This document shows, in pieces, positions 1 to 11,114 of a stretch of DNA of 64,000 nucleotides (within the stretch, counting starts at the first letter, position 1; each line of letters opens with the position of its first letter). The notes under the pieces are model-generated. The model made no database searches, was not told the DNA's origin, and saw only the letters and a list, made by a program, of their open reading frames with translations. The translations under genes were made by a program, and so were the position numbers. The stretch lies in the sequence record DRR378314_1695; one strand, 5' to 3'.

Positions 1-93
1 ACTGATTTTAAATAAAATACATATCGAACTAACGTTTATTAAGATTTAAATATTGAATTACCTATTGAGTTGTTTGAGTTAGTTGTTTTTCAT

Positions 94-121
94 AACCCAT
101 TTCATGAAAATGGAATGGGTT
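94..121. terminator. Stem-loop with GAAA tetraloop upstream of susC (terminator or leader structure)
   Basis: AACCCATTTCAT-GAAA-ATGGAATGGGTT, a 12-bp stem with one G-U pair. Confidence 0.4.
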
Positions 122-251
122 TAAAAAAAATGTCGATACAATAGCAATAGTAAAACAGAAAAAGAATGTGAACAGAAGCCTGTAAAAAACTTGGCTCGAA
201 AAGAATTTTTCAAACATTAACATCAACCGATTATTAATTTAAACTAGATCA

Positions 252-3200
252 ATGAAAAAACTAATTACAAAAGGATTCTTCCTACTCATATTGTTCCTCA
301 GTTGTGCAATACAAGCTCAGGAAATGGAAGTTAAAGGAATGGTGACAGATTTGGCAGAAGTTCCCTTATCAGGGGCTTCAATTACGATAAAAGGCACTTC
401 CAAGGGAGTCGTAGCGGATTTTGACGGTAACTACAGTATTAATACGTCCAAAGGGGATGTATTGATATTTTCCTATCTCGGGTACCTATCCCAAGAAATC
501 CAGGTAAATGACAATAGTACCATTAATGCCAAACTAGAAGAAGATGCCGCTTTATTGGAAGAAGTCGTCGTTGTAGGTTTTGGGATACAAAAAAAGGCTA
601 ATGTAACGGGAGCCACAGGTTCCGTAGATATGGAGGATATTTTAGCGAACCGTCCTATAACAAACCCCATTGAGGCCATACAGGGAACTATTCCTGGATT
701 ACAGATAACCACTAATTCAGGACAACCTGGAGCCTCTGGTTTGGGCATCAATATTAGGGGAACAACTTCCATTAACGGAGGTAGTCCATTAATTCTTATG
801 AACAATGTACCAGTATCCGTAGATGATATCAACCCTCAGGATGTACAATCCATTACCGTCTTAAAAGATGCCTCGGCAACTTCTATTTATGGAGCTAGGG
901 CCGCATTTGGTGTAATTTTAATTACTACTAAAACTCCGGCTACCGACCAGCCCATTAAATTCAATTATTCTTCTACCTTTAGTTTCTTATACCCAGAGGA
1001 TATCCCTGACAAAGCCTCCACCTATTCATTTATAAATGCTATCAACGACTGGGGTACCAATCCATTTTGGACAGGTCAAGATATTCCTGCTTGGGTAGGC
1101 TTTTTGGATGAGTACCAGGAAGATCCATCTTCATATCCCCTTGGATATGCGGAATTTAATGGGTTGCGTTATCCATTGGCGGATACCGATTTGATAGGGG
1201 AATGGATAAACGATCTTGGATTTACCCAAATACATAATTTTGATTTTAGCGGGGGAGGCGAAAAAACAAGCTATAGAATTTCTGCTGGTTTCAGTGACGA
1301 GGATGGCATTATTATAACAAGGAATGATAGCTTTAAAAAATATAATGTAAACGCTTCGTTAACAAGTAAACTTACCTCCAAATTAACGTCCACGACCAAT
1401 ATCATTTACAGGAATAGTACTAGGAGAACACCGCTGGGAAGCTACAGTAATTCAATAAGTTTCAACCCTTATACCCCTGCCAGGGGTAACCACATCTTCG
1501 AAGATGGCACGGAGGTACCATATGACACCCCGGCCAATCGAGAATTACTAAAAGTTGCTCCTAAAATTCTCAACGACAATATTAGGTTCTTCCAAAAACT
1601 GGATTTCAATTTGGCCAAAGGTCTTAACCTGATCGGAGAATATACTTTTGAGAAAAAAAACCTAACCAGAACAACTAGTGACAATCAAATCTTGACCGTT
1701 AATCCAGAAAGATTTGTTTTAAACGCTGTAGATCCTGTGAACACTTTTTTCCGAAAAGAAAATACCCAGACCAATTACAATGCGTTAAATTTTTACGGTA
1801 AATATGATAAGGGTATAGGTAAGCACAACTTTAGTATTCTAGCCGGAGTAAACAGTGAAGAAAATAGCTTTGAATCATTTGATGCCCAAAGAAACAATCT
1901 TATCAATGTTGACCTCCCATCCCTGTCAGGTGCAACAGGTGCTCAAACGACGGATGACTCCTATGGAGAATGGTCGGTATTGGGTTATTTCGGAAGGCTC
2001 AACTATAACTTCGCTGAGAAGTACTTTTTGGAAGTGAGCGGCAGATATGATGGCTCCTCCCGTTTTCCTGAGGGTAACAGATTTGGCTTCTTTCCTTCCT
2101 TTTCCGGAGGTTGGCACTTGGGCCGGGAATCTTTTATGAAGTCTGTTGGATTTTTATCCAGCCTAAAACTGAGAGGCTCTTGGGGAGAAATAGGAAACCA
2201 AAACACCCCCTCACTATATCCTGCAGTTCCTGGGCTTGGTATAACCGACTATGGGGATACAGGGACAATAAACTGGCTGAACGAAGAAACGGGTACTCGT
2301 TATTCAACTTTACTACTTCCCAATTTGGTTAGTTCTACTTTTACTTGGGAAACGGTTCAAACTCTAAATCTTGGGTTCGATGCTGCATTTTTTAAGAACA
2401 GACTTTCTACCTCCTTTGATTGGTTCAACAGAAAAACTTTGGATATGTTGGCTCCTGGCTCAGAACTTCCAGGAATTTTAGGAGCCGCGGCACCCTTGGA
2501 AAACGTGGCGGATCTGGAGTCCCAAGGATGGGAATTAGGTATTTCATGGAACGATAAAATAGGGGAGTTTAGCTATAATATAGGGGCTACTCTTTATGAT
2601 TATAATTCCAAAATTACCAAATTTGACAATCCTGCGGGCCTTTTGAGCCAATATTATGTTGGCCAAGAGTTGGGAGAAATTTGGGGCTATACCACGGATG
2701 GTTACTACACCGTTGACGATTTTGAGCCTGGTACACTTAACGAAGACCCCAATAGTCCAAATTATTTGACCGGTGGCACCTTAAAAGCTGGAATCCCATC
2801 TTGGGAAGGACGTACACAAAATCCTGGGGATATCAAATATATCGATCAAGATGGAGATGGGATAATCACTGATGGGAATAACACCCTGGAAGATTCTGGA
2901 GATAGAACCATTATTGGCAATTCTACCCGAAATTATCAATATGGGTTTTTTGGTAATTTTAAATATAAAAATTTCGACTTTTCGTTTCTGGCCAACGGCG
3001 TTGGAAAACGGGACGTTTATGTTAACAATAGGGTCCGCTTTCCTTATTTGGACGAATTTTCTGTAGTTTATAAATCTCAGTTGGACTATTGGACCCCAGA
3101 CAATAGGGATGCATTTTTCCCTAGAAACTACCCCTTGGGTGGCGTTAATTACGGGATTAGTAGAAGTACACAGACCAAGTATATGATAAACGGCGCCTAT

Positions 3201-3416
3201 TTAAGGATAAAGAATTTAACGTTTGGTTATTCCCTACCGACGGACATTTTGAAGAAAAATGGTATAGACAAACTAAGACTTTATATTGCGGGAGAGAACC
3301 TTTTTAGTTTTAACGATTACCCAGACGGAATTAATACGGAACTGGCCACACAGGGAAGTGGGGGAATCTATCCCTTCATCAAAAGCTATTCCATAGGTCT
3401 TAACTTAACTTTTTAA
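252..3416 (+). CDS. susC: SusC/RagA family TonB-dependent outer-membrane transporter
   Basis: Signal peptide, N-terminal CarboxypepD_reg-like region, LEEVVVVG, plug motif VLKDASATSIYGARAAFGVILITTK, C-terminal GLNLTF. Confidence 0.95.
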   Translation: MKKLITKGFFLLILFLSCAIQAQEMEVKGMVTDLAEVPLSGASITIKGTSKGVVADFDGNYSINTSKGDVLIFSYLGYLSQEIQVNDNSTINAKLEEDAALLEEVVVVGFGIQKKANVTGATGSVDMEDILANRPITNPIEAIQGTIPGLQITTNSGQPGASGLGINIRGTTSINGGSPLILMNNVPVSVDDINPQDVQSITVLKDASATSIYGARAAFGVILITTKTPATDQPIKFNYSSTFSFLYPEDIPDKASTYSFINAINDWGTNPFWTGQDIPAWVGFLDEYQEDPSSYPLGYAEFNGLRYPLADTDLIGEWINDLGFTQIHNFDFSGGGEKTSYRISAGFSDEDGIIITRNDSFKKYNVNASLTSKLTSKLTSTTNIIYRNSTRRTPLGSYSNSISFNPYTPARGNHIFEDGTEVPYDTPANRELLKVAPKILNDNIRFFQKLDFNLAKGLNLIGEYTFEKKNLTRTTSDNQILTVNPERFVLNAVDPVNTFFRKENTQTNYNALNFYGKYDKGIGKHNFSILAGVNSEENSFESFDAQRNNLINVDLPSLSGATGAQTTDDSYGEWSVLGYFGRLNYNFAEKYFLEVSGRYDGSSRFPEGNRFGFFPSFSGGWHLGRESFMKSVGFLSSLKLRGSWGEIGNQNTPSLYPAVPGLGITDYGDTGTINWLNEETGTRYSTLLLPNLVSSTFTWETVQTLNLGFDAAFFKNRLSTSFDWFNRKTLDMLAPGSELPGILGAAAPLENVADLESQGWELGISWNDKIGEFSYNIGATLYDYNSKITKFDNPAGLLSQYYVGQELGEIWGYTTDGYYTVDDFEPGTLNEDPNSPNYLTGGTLKAGIPSWEGRTQNPGDIKYIDQDGDGIITDGNNTLEDSGDRTIIGNSTRNYQYGFFGNFKYKNFDFSFLANGVGKRDVYVNNRVRFPYLDEFSVVYKSQLDYWTPDNRDAFFPRNYPLGGVNYGISRSTQTKYMINGAYLRIKNLTFGYSLPTDILKKNGIDKLRLYIAGENLFSFNDYPDGINTELATQGSGGIYPFIKSYSIGLNLTF

Positions 3417-3426
3417 TTTCAGAGAG

Positions 3427-5208
3427 ATGAAAAAAATATATACAAGAGTAATAATTCTTTTAACCTTTATCGGAAGTTCCTGTTCAGATGAAACATTGGA
3501 AAAACTTCCAAAAGATCAATTAACGGTATCAACCACCTTTACAACCAATAGCAATTTCGAAACCTATGCCTGGTCCATGTATGCCAATTCCTTTCCTGGG
3601 TATTGGGACTTAACTCCAATCAATAGGGAAATGGGAAGTGACCTTTTGGTCAATAATGCGGGAACACAAGGGGATGAACTCTTATGGCAAAGAAAGACCG
3701 TGCCCTCTTCCTCCAGTCTCTGGAGTAACTCTTATATTAATATACGGCGCGCTAACCTAATGTTAGACAACATAGACAATAGTGAATTAACGGACGGTGA
3801 AAAACAACACTGGAAAGGTGTCGGACTTTTTTTCCGAGCCTATGAATACGTGCAGTTGATCGCCAATTATGGAGAAGTGCCATGGGTAGACAAATCCCTT
3901 ACCGAAGTGGACGAAGATATCCTATACGGTCCTAAAACCAGTAGAAATGAATTGTCCCAATTTGTATTGAATGATCTATTGGAGGCTGAAAACATAATTA
4001 ATCCTGAAGGTAGTGGACCCAATACTATAAATACGGATGTTGTTCGTGCCCTAATTTCAAGATTTGGTCTTTACGAAGGTACTTGGAGGAAATATCATGG
4101 TCTTGGTGATGAAACTCGATATCTACAGGCTAGCGTTGACGCCAGCGCTCAGTTAATTGCCGATCATCCCAATCTACATTCCAGTTATGACGAGGTATTT
4201 AATAGTGAGACCCTAAATGGGGTAGAAGGAATTTTGTTGTACAAAGCCTATGAGTTTGGAGTCCAGAACGGAAGATGGTCCCATTACAACAGAAGTTCCA
4301 TTGGTCACCGGGACCTTACCAAAAAAGCCGTGGACCAATATCTATGCTTGGACGGTGAGACGATCCATACAAGTGATTTATTTGATGGGGAACAAGATGC
4401 CTATGACGAATTTAGAAATCGTGACCACAGATTGTACTTCAATACCCCTCCACCGTTTAGGGTATACACTGGTGGTCAAAACCAATTAACCTGGGAATAT
4501 GATTCCGACCCAAAGAGTAGGGAATATATAGATTTAATGGCCACTCTAAGTGATGATACCCATAAAACACTGCCAACAATAAATTGGCGGGGCCTTGTGG
4601 TAAGAACCTCCCCTCACTTTAGAAAATTTAACGAAGGACATGGGTATAATGTAACTTATACCGGATACGCCTTCTATAAATTCTCGAATAAAATAAGTAG
4701 GCTACAAAATAGGGATTCCCACGATGCCCCAATATTTAGAATGGGAGAGGTATTTTTAAATCATGCGGAGGCCATGTATGAATTGGGGCAATTTACCCAA
4801 GAAGTAGCGGATGCTACCATCAATAAATTAAGAACCAGAGGAGCCGTGGCACCCTTGAACTTGGCAAGTATCCCCGATGACCCTACCAGGGATGCAGACG
4901 TAGCGCCTGCGCTGTGGGAAATAAGGCGCGAACGAGGTATAGAATTCCTAGGAGAGGGCTTGGGAAGGGTATTCGATATTAAGCGTTGGAAAAAGCTCGT
5001 AGAATATGGTGCCGAGGAAAAGTTGGGAAGATGGGTTGTTAATTCCGATTATGGCAACAATTTACCTGTCCAAGGAGGAGCTGCAGAAGGTTATGTGTCT
5101 CCTTTTGGAGTGCCGCCAGGGGTTCCCGAACATTATTATTTGGAACCCATACCTTCCGACCAAATAGTGTTAAATCCCCAGCTGGAACAGAACCCAGGAT
5201 GGGAATAG
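3427..5208 (+). CDS. susD: SusD/RagB family nutrient-binding lipoprotein
   Basis: Lipobox-like GSSC; FRAYEY, PIFRMGEVFLNHAEA, IRRERGIEFLGEG and C-terminal LEQNPGW; directly follows susC. Confidence 0.93.
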   Translation: MKKIYTRVIILLTFIGSSCSDETLEKLPKDQLTVSTTFTTNSNFETYAWSMYANSFPGYWDLTPINREMGSDLLVNNAGTQGDELLWQRKTVPSSSSLWSNSYINIRRANLMLDNIDNSELTDGEKQHWKGVGLFFRAYEYVQLIANYGEVPWVDKSLTEVDEDILYGPKTSRNELSQFVLNDLLEAENIINPEGSGPNTINTDVVRALISRFGLYEGTWRKYHGLGDETRYLQASVDASAQLIADHPNLHSSYDEVFNSETLNGVEGILLYKAYEFGVQNGRWSHYNRSSIGHRDLTKKAVDQYLCLDGETIHTSDLFDGEQDAYDEFRNRDHRLYFNTPPPFRVYTGGQNQLTWEYDSDPKSREYIDLMATLSDDTHKTLPTINWRGLVVRTSPHFRKFNEGHGYNVTYTGYAFYKFSNKISRLQNRDSHDAPIFRMGEVFLNHAEAMYELGQFTQEVADATINKLRTRGAVAPLNLASIPDDPTRDADVAPALWEIRRERGIEFLGEGLGRVFDIKRWKKLVEYGAEEKLGRWVVNSDYGNNLPVQGGAAEGYVSPFGVPPGVPEHYYLEPIPSDQIVLNPQLEQNPGWE

Positions 5209-5244
5209 GTATAACTTTTTGAGTTACTATAATTAGTTTAAATT

Positions 5245-5282
5245 TGGGATGCCCCGTTGTAAAAACGGGCATCCCATTTTTA
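5245..5282 (+). terminator. Intrinsic terminator after susD
   Basis: TGGGATGCCC(C)GTT pairs with AACGGGCATCCCA, followed by a T run. Confidence 0.75.
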
Positions 5283-5412
5283 ATTATACTGAATGTTTAC
5301 TATTTAGTTTTGTCACTTAATCTTATAAATAGATTCTATTTATGAAAATAACTCATATGTGCCCAACTATTTTGACTTTAATATTAACATCCAAATAAGC
5401 TATTCTCAATCC

Positions 5413-6807
5413 ATGAAACCCAATTTCCATATTTTAATCTATCTATTCTCATTTGCATTATTCTCACAAAAAAGCCATGATAAGACCAACGCAACAGATG
5501 ATAGACCCAACTTTGTTTTTATTGTTGCCGATGACCTTGGCTATGGGGATTTAGGTTTTACCGGAAGTACACAAATAAAAACCCCTAACATAGATAAACT
5601 GGCTCAAACGGGGATTTTTTGTTCCCAGGGCTACGTTTCCTCTGCTGTTTGTAGTCCGTCAAGAGCTGGTTTTATCACTGGAATCAATCAGGTAGAGTTT
5701 GGACATGACAACAATCTAGCTCACTCCCAACCAGGATTTGACCCCCAATTCCTTGGTTTGCCCATAGGACAGCAGACCATAGCCGATTATTTAAAACCTT
5801 TGGGCTACATAAGTGGCATTATTGGGAAATGGCATTTGGGTTATGAGGATCAATTTCATCCCCTAAATAGAGGTTTCGATGAATTTTGGGGATATCGTGG
5901 TGGCGGACACGATTACTTCACTTCCAATCCGGAAGCAAAGGGATACATGGCCCCCATTGAATGCAATTACAAAACCCCACAGCCTATCACCTATATCACA
6001 GACGACAAGGGTGATGAATGTGTCGATTTTATAAAACGTCATAAAAAAGAGCCGTTCCTTCTTTTTGCCTCCTTTAATGCCCCACACACACCTATGCAGG
6101 CTACCAAAGCCGATTTGGCATTATACGGCCATATAAAGGATAGTAAAAGACGGACGTACGCGGCAATGGTACATAGGCTTGACATTAATGTGGGTAGAAT
6201 TATAGGTGCTTTAAAAGAATATAGTTTGGACAAAAATACTCTTGTCGTTTTTATAAGCGACAATGGGGGACCTATTGATAACGGTTCCATCAACTCCCCG
6301 TACAACGGTAAAAAAGGCACCTTATTGGAAGGCGGGGTACATGTTCCATTTATATTAAATTGGCCCAAAACCCTGCCCTCTGGAGAAACCTACTCTCACA
6401 TGGTTTCATCGCTTGACATTGTCCCAACCTTTTTGGCTTTTGCAGGTGGAAATGTAAAAGAATACACTTTTAGCGGTACCAATCTAATGCCTTATCTTAT
6501 GAAAGGTAGCAAGCAAATACCCCATGACAATCTCATGTGGCGCTTTACCATAAGTGCAGCCATAAGGGAAGGGGACTATAAATTGATCCGACTTCCAGAT
6601 CGATTGCCACTTTTGTTTCACCTTCCTTCAGATATTTCTGAGCAGCATAATATAGCCCTTGACAACTTGGATATCACGCGAGACCTCTTAGAAAAATTAG
6701 GAAAGTGGGATGTTTCCCTCCCCCATCCCCTATTTTTGGAAGGAGCAGAATGGAAAAAACAACAGCTTTACCAATACAACGTTAATTATCCTTTAATACA
6801 ACCATAG
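5413..6807 (+). CDS. Formylglycine-dependent (S1) sulfatase
   Basis: PNFVFIVADDLGYGD, CSPSRAGFITG (CxPxR), GKWHLG, SDNGG; start moved to ATG 5413, which gives a signal peptide. Confidence 0.92.
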   Translation: MKPNFHILIYLFSFALFSQKSHDKTNATDDRPNFVFIVADDLGYGDLGFTGSTQIKTPNIDKLAQTGIFCSQGYVSSAVCSPSRAGFITGINQVEFGHDNNLAHSQPGFDPQFLGLPIGQQTIADYLKPLGYISGIIGKWHLGYEDQFHPLNRGFDEFWGYRGGGHDYFTSNPEAKGYMAPIECNYKTPQPITYITDDKGDECVDFIKRHKKEPFLLFASFNAPHTPMQATKADLALYGHIKDSKRRTYAAMVHRLDINVGRIIGALKEYSLDKNTLVVFISDNGGPIDNGSINSPYNGKKGTLLEGGVHVPFILNWPKTLPSGETYSHMVSSLDIVPTFLAFAGGNVKEYTFSGTNLMPYLMKGSKQIPHDNLMWRFTISAAIREGDYKLIRLPDRLPLLFHLPSDISEQHNIALDNLDITRDLLEKLGKWDVSLPHPLFLEGAEWKKQQLYQYNVNYPLIQP

Positions 6808-6822
6808 TATAAATCTAGATAT

Positions 6823-9441
6823 ATGAATAGAAGAAAATATATAAAGACCATAGCACTGGGAACCCTATTGCCCAGTTTTTCCGCTTCGGCATTTCCCTTT
6901 GGGACCATAAGCCAAGAAAAATTACTTGAAGACATACAATTTAAAAGTAATTGGCACAACTGGCCCGATATGAAATGGGTAGGTCCGGAATACTGGGGAA
7001 ACCGACTCCAGGATTGGCGCCTAAAAGATGGCATGGCCGTTTGTAATATAAGTGCAGGAAATAGAAACCTGCAATTATTAACGGTTCAAAAAACAGATTC
7101 CATAACCCCATTGGAAGTTAGTGTGGATATTACCCTATTGAACAAGAGTATTGCCAATACCGATGAGGGATGCCTAGGTATGCAATTGGGATGTAATGGT
7201 CCTTTTGATGATTACCGATCGGCGGCTGTCTTTGGCAAAGGGTTGGACATTGGCCTTAACCCCAACGGAAAACTTCAGGTAAGTGGACAGCTCTTTGATA
7301 CCGGCCTAAATAAAATACCTGAAACCTTTCGTTTGGAAGTGCATTTAGAGCCTTACAATGATAAATACCGATTGAAGGTTGTTGTTCTGGAGCCGATAAC
7401 AAACACCTTGATCCATACCCAAGAAGATATGTATGTCGATGGTAAAAACCTAGTAGGGAATTTTGCCCTACTGGCCGATATAAAAACAGACAAGAGCCAT
7501 GCCTCCCAACCTCTGGCCGGCTATTCCAACTGGAATATAACTGCAGATAATCTTATTTCAAACAAAGACCAATTATACGGCCCCATTTGCTTTGCCCAAT
7601 ACACCCTTCACGATAAAAAGTTAAAACTCACCGCACAATTAGCGCCAATAGAAGAAATTGAAGGCAATTCCGTTCAGCTCCAATTCAAGGAACAGGGAGT
7701 ATGGAAAACCACAACCAATACCCAGTTGGAACATATAGGTAGGGCGGTAAACTTCGTAGTTGAAAATTGGAACGCCAATTCAGATATTCCTTACCGAATA
7801 TTGGTGGAAATCCCATTAAAAAATGAAATCCACCAATACACCTATGAAGGTACTATAGCCCAAGAGCCATTAAATAAAGAATCCGTATCGGCTGCGGTTT
7901 TTAGCTGTAATTTCCACTATGGTTTCCCTGATAACGACGTTCATGAAAATGTAGCTAAATTAAATCCGGACATCATTCTTTTCCTTGGGGATCAGTTTTA
8001 CGAAGGTACTGGTGGATTTGGGGCAGAACGAAGTGGTGACCTGGATGACCTATGTCTGGATTATCTCCGAAAGTGGATGATGTTCGGTTGGTCTTACCGC
8101 GAACTCTTTAGACATAAACCCTGCGCCATAATCCCGGATGACCATGATGTCTATCACGGTAATGTATGGGGCGAGAGCGGAAAAAAGGCCGATACCAGTG
8201 AAGGCCATGGCATGTTGGCCCAAGATTCCGGAGGCTACAAAATGCCTGCGGAATGGGTAAACATGGTGCAATTTACCCAAACCAGTCATTTACCCGACCC
8301 CTTCGACCCTAGCCCGGTTAAACAAAATATCGGTGTCTACTACACGCACTGGAACTACGGGGGCATTAGTTTTGCCATCCTAGAGGATCGAAAATTCAAA
8401 TCCGCCCCCAAGCATGTTCTACCGCCCGAAGCCCAGGTAAGGAACGGATGGATACAAAATAAAGATTTCGACATAAAACAATACTGGGATCTAGATGCCA
8501 CACTTTTGGGGCAGCGGCAACACGATTTTATAGATCATTGGACCCAGGATTGGAATAATGGGGCCGAAATAAAAGTGGTGCTATCGCAGACCAATTTTGC
8601 CACTGTGGCCACCTTGCCCAAAACAGCTTTAAATGATGACGTGGTTCCCTCCTTACCTATTCCCAAAAAAGGAGAATACGTACTCGGTGATGTCCCTACC
8701 GTGGACATGGATTCCAATGGCTGGCCAGCAAACAAAAGGGATAAGGCCGTTGAGGCTATCAGAAAATGCTATGCATTTCATATTGCCGGCGACCAACATT
8801 TGGGAAGTTTTATCCAATATGGCACTGATGAGCACGGAGACAGCGGTTACGCCTTTGCAGGTCCTGCCCTGAACAATATTTGGCCCAGAAGGTTCTGGCC
8901 AGAAGTAAATAGTGACTCCCATACCTATGATGACCCCGCTTATGTAGGGAACCATGTGGACGGATTTGGCAATAAACTATCGGTACATGCTGTGGGCAAT
9001 CCTTTCGATACCGGGATTGAGCCGGCCATTATACATAATAGGGCAACCGGTTATGGCCTGGTAACCTTCAACAAAAAAGACAGGACCATAACCACGGCCT
9101 GTTGGCCCAGATATGCCGACCCTAGCAGCGGTACAATTGAACAATTTCCAGGGTGGCCCATCACCATTAAACAAGAAGACAATTATGGTAAAAAGGCTGT
9201 AGCATGGTTGCCTACTATAAAGGTTGCCAACGTGAGCAAACCTGTTATTTCAGTTTTCGATAATAATAATCAGCTAGTTTATTCCATTCGTATGGCAGCC
9301 AACACCTTTGCCCCCAAAGTATTCGCTAAAGAAAAATATACCATTGTAATCCAAGATGTGGAAAACAATAGAAAAAAGACACTTAAGAATATTAGGGCCA
9401 AAACCGTTAACAATCGAATATTGGAAATTAACCTTGATTAA
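6823..9441 (+). CDS. Tat-exported PhoD-like metallophosphoesterase with large N-terminal extension
   Basis: NRRKYIK twin-arginine signal; FSCN, LGDQFY, PDDHDV, DSNGWP and AGDQH match the PhoD motif order. Confidence 0.7.
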   Translation: MNRRKYIKTIALGTLLPSFSASAFPFGTISQEKLLEDIQFKSNWHNWPDMKWVGPEYWGNRLQDWRLKDGMAVCNISAGNRNLQLLTVQKTDSITPLEVSVDITLLNKSIANTDEGCLGMQLGCNGPFDDYRSAAVFGKGLDIGLNPNGKLQVSGQLFDTGLNKIPETFRLEVHLEPYNDKYRLKVVVLEPITNTLIHTQEDMYVDGKNLVGNFALLADIKTDKSHASQPLAGYSNWNITADNLISNKDQLYGPICFAQYTLHDKKLKLTAQLAPIEEIEGNSVQLQFKEQGVWKTTTNTQLEHIGRAVNFVVENWNANSDIPYRILVEIPLKNEIHQYTYEGTIAQEPLNKESVSAAVFSCNFHYGFPDNDVHENVAKLNPDIILFLGDQFYEGTGGFGAERSGDLDDLCLDYLRKWMMFGWSYRELFRHKPCAIIPDDHDVYHGNVWGESGKKADTSEGHGMLAQDSGGYKMPAEWVNMVQFTQTSHLPDPFDPSPVKQNIGVYYTHWNYGGISFAILEDRKFKSAPKHVLPPEAQVRNGWIQNKDFDIKQYWDLDATLLGQRQHDFIDHWTQDWNNGAEIKVVLSQTNFATVATLPKTALNDDVVPSLPIPKKGEYVLGDVPTVDMDSNGWPANKRDKAVEAIRKCYAFHIAGDQHLGSFIQYGTDEHGDSGYAFAGPALNNIWPRRFWPEVNSDSHTYDDPAYVGNHVDGFGNKLSVHAVGNPFDTGIEPAIIHNRATGYGLVTFNKKDRTITTACWPRYADPSSGTIEQFPGWPITIKQEDNYGKKAVAWLPTIKVANVSKPVISVFDNNNQLVYSIRMAANTFAPKVFAKEKYTIVIQDVENNRKKTLKNIRAKTVNNRILEINLD

Positions 9442-9486
9442 ATTAACTCGGTAGTTCTATTAACGCCATATGGACCAACAAAAAAT

Positions 9487-9520
9487 TCCCAAACTTTCTA
9501 TAAACTAAGAAAGTTTGGGA
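9487..9520. terminator. Probable bidirectional terminator between convergent genes
   Basis: TCCCAAACTTTCT and AGAAAGTTTGGGA form a perfect 13-bp stem; an A run on the left gives a U tail on the minus strand. Confidence 0.75.
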
Positions 9521-9543
9521 TTAATTATTATTGTTTTAAAAGC

Positions 9544-10860
9544 TTAAATCACAACTGTCTTCCCAGGAGTTGGTATGTTATAAGTACCATCAGCATTTGG
9601 TTGTACCGGTGCTGGGGAATCCCAGGTTAAATTGTCCGGAGCCAGATCAATGTTGGAAGTCATGGCTTCCTCCCACTTAATTACCTTACCGGAATAAGTA
9701 GCCATTCTACCAATAATGGCACTCATGGTACTCATGGCACCATTCTCCGCATCGGTAATAACGCCTTTGTTTCTAATAGATTCAAAAAGTTTAATATGCT
9801 CCACTTGATAAGGGTTAGGATCATCCTTTCCACGATGGGTAAATATTTCCCCACCTGCATAATCCTTAATAAATGTATTGTCACCATAAGTTTCTATAGT
9901 ACCCTTGGTACCTTGGAACGTTTCGGCTACCCTACTCATGGTTTCCGGCATATGGCGGCACTGACTGGCGATTACCGCCCCACTTGGATAGGTATATTCT
10001 ACAAAATGATGATCAAAAATTTCCCCATGGTCCTTTCCTGTCCTTACCTGTCTTCCACCAAATCCTTGGGCCGATACTGGATATTCCCCAATAAACCAGT
10101 TGGCAACATCTATATTGTGGATGTGCTGTTCCAAAATGTGATCTCCGCACAACCAGTTGAAATAATACCAATTGCGCATCTGGTATTCCAGCTCGGATTG
10201 TCCGGGCTGTCTTTCCCTTACCCAAACTCCGCCACTGTTCCAGTATACCTGACCGGAAACAATTTTTCCTATCTTATTATCCTTAATATGCTTTATTCCC
10301 GCCAAATAGTTGTCCTGATAATGCCTTTGAAGACCTACAACCACGTTTAATTTCTTATCCTTTGCCACTTGTGCCGCTGCCAAAACCTTTCTTACTCCTG
10401 GTATGTCCGTAGCAACCGGTTTTTCCATAAATACATGCTTTCCTGCATTTACTGCATATTCAAAATGCTGTGGTCTAAATCCGGGAGGGGTAGCCAATAT
10501 TACTACATCCGCCATGTCTATAGCCTTTTCTGCACCATCGAAACCAACAAATTGATTGGCCTTGGGAACATTTACCTTCTTGGAATCCTTAAACTCCTTC
10601 TGTAAATTCATTAAACTTCCCTGCAACCTGTCCTCGAAGGCATCGGCCATAGCCACCAATTCAACATTGGGATCTGCTTTCAAGGCTTGTTGTGCCGCAC
10701 CTGTACCACGACCACCACAACCAATCAAGGCTATCTTCAATTTCTTCTCATTAGCGACGTTTACCATAGCATTCATCTGCATGGTAGGTAAAATCATTGC
10801 CCCTGTTACCAGTGCACTGCTTTTAACAAAATCTCTTCTACTATTTTTAATATTGGTCAT
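9544..10860 (-). CDS. Tat-exported Gfo/Idh/MocA family oxidoreductase
   Basis: SRRDFVK signal, IGCGGRG Rossmann motif, HVFMEKP, EQHIHNID. Confidence 0.9.
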   Translation of the reverse strand: MTNIKNSRRDFVKSSALVTGAMILPTMQMNAMVNVANEKKLKIALIGCGGRGTGAAQQALKADPNVELVAMADAFEDRLQGSLMNLQKEFKDSKKVNVPKANQFVGFDGAEKAIDMADVVILATPPGFRPQHFEYAVNAGKHVFMEKPVATDIPGVRKVLAAAQVAKDKKLNVVVGLQRHYQDNYLAGIKHIKDNKIGKIVSGQVYWNSGGVWVRERQPGQSELEYQMRNWYYFNWLCGDHILEQHIHNIDVANWFIGEYPVSAQGFGGRQVRTGKDHGEIFDHHFVEYTYPSGAVIASQCRHMPETMSRVAETFQGTKGTIETYGDNTFIKDYAGGEIFTHRGKDDPNPYQVEHIKLFESIRNKGVITDAENGAMSTMSAIIGRMATYSGKVIKWEEAMTSNIDLAPDNLTWDSPAPVQPNADGTYNIPTPGKTVVI

Positions 10861-11114
10861 GGTATTTCTTGTTTGTTTAGTTTTTCATGTTTTAAAGTTA
10901 AAAATCATTTTGTCATTGCACCACAATAAAAAATTGAAGTTCAAGAACGGGTCGTCAAGATAGAGATTTATTTGGAAACGTACAATGTACATTTTTACAG
11001 AATACTCCCAAAAATGTTAAATAACCAATATTATCCTAAAATAGTATGTAAAAAATTGCCTTACCCTATAAATCAAAGCAATTTTTTAAGTTATATGGGA
11101 AGTGGTACTATTCC

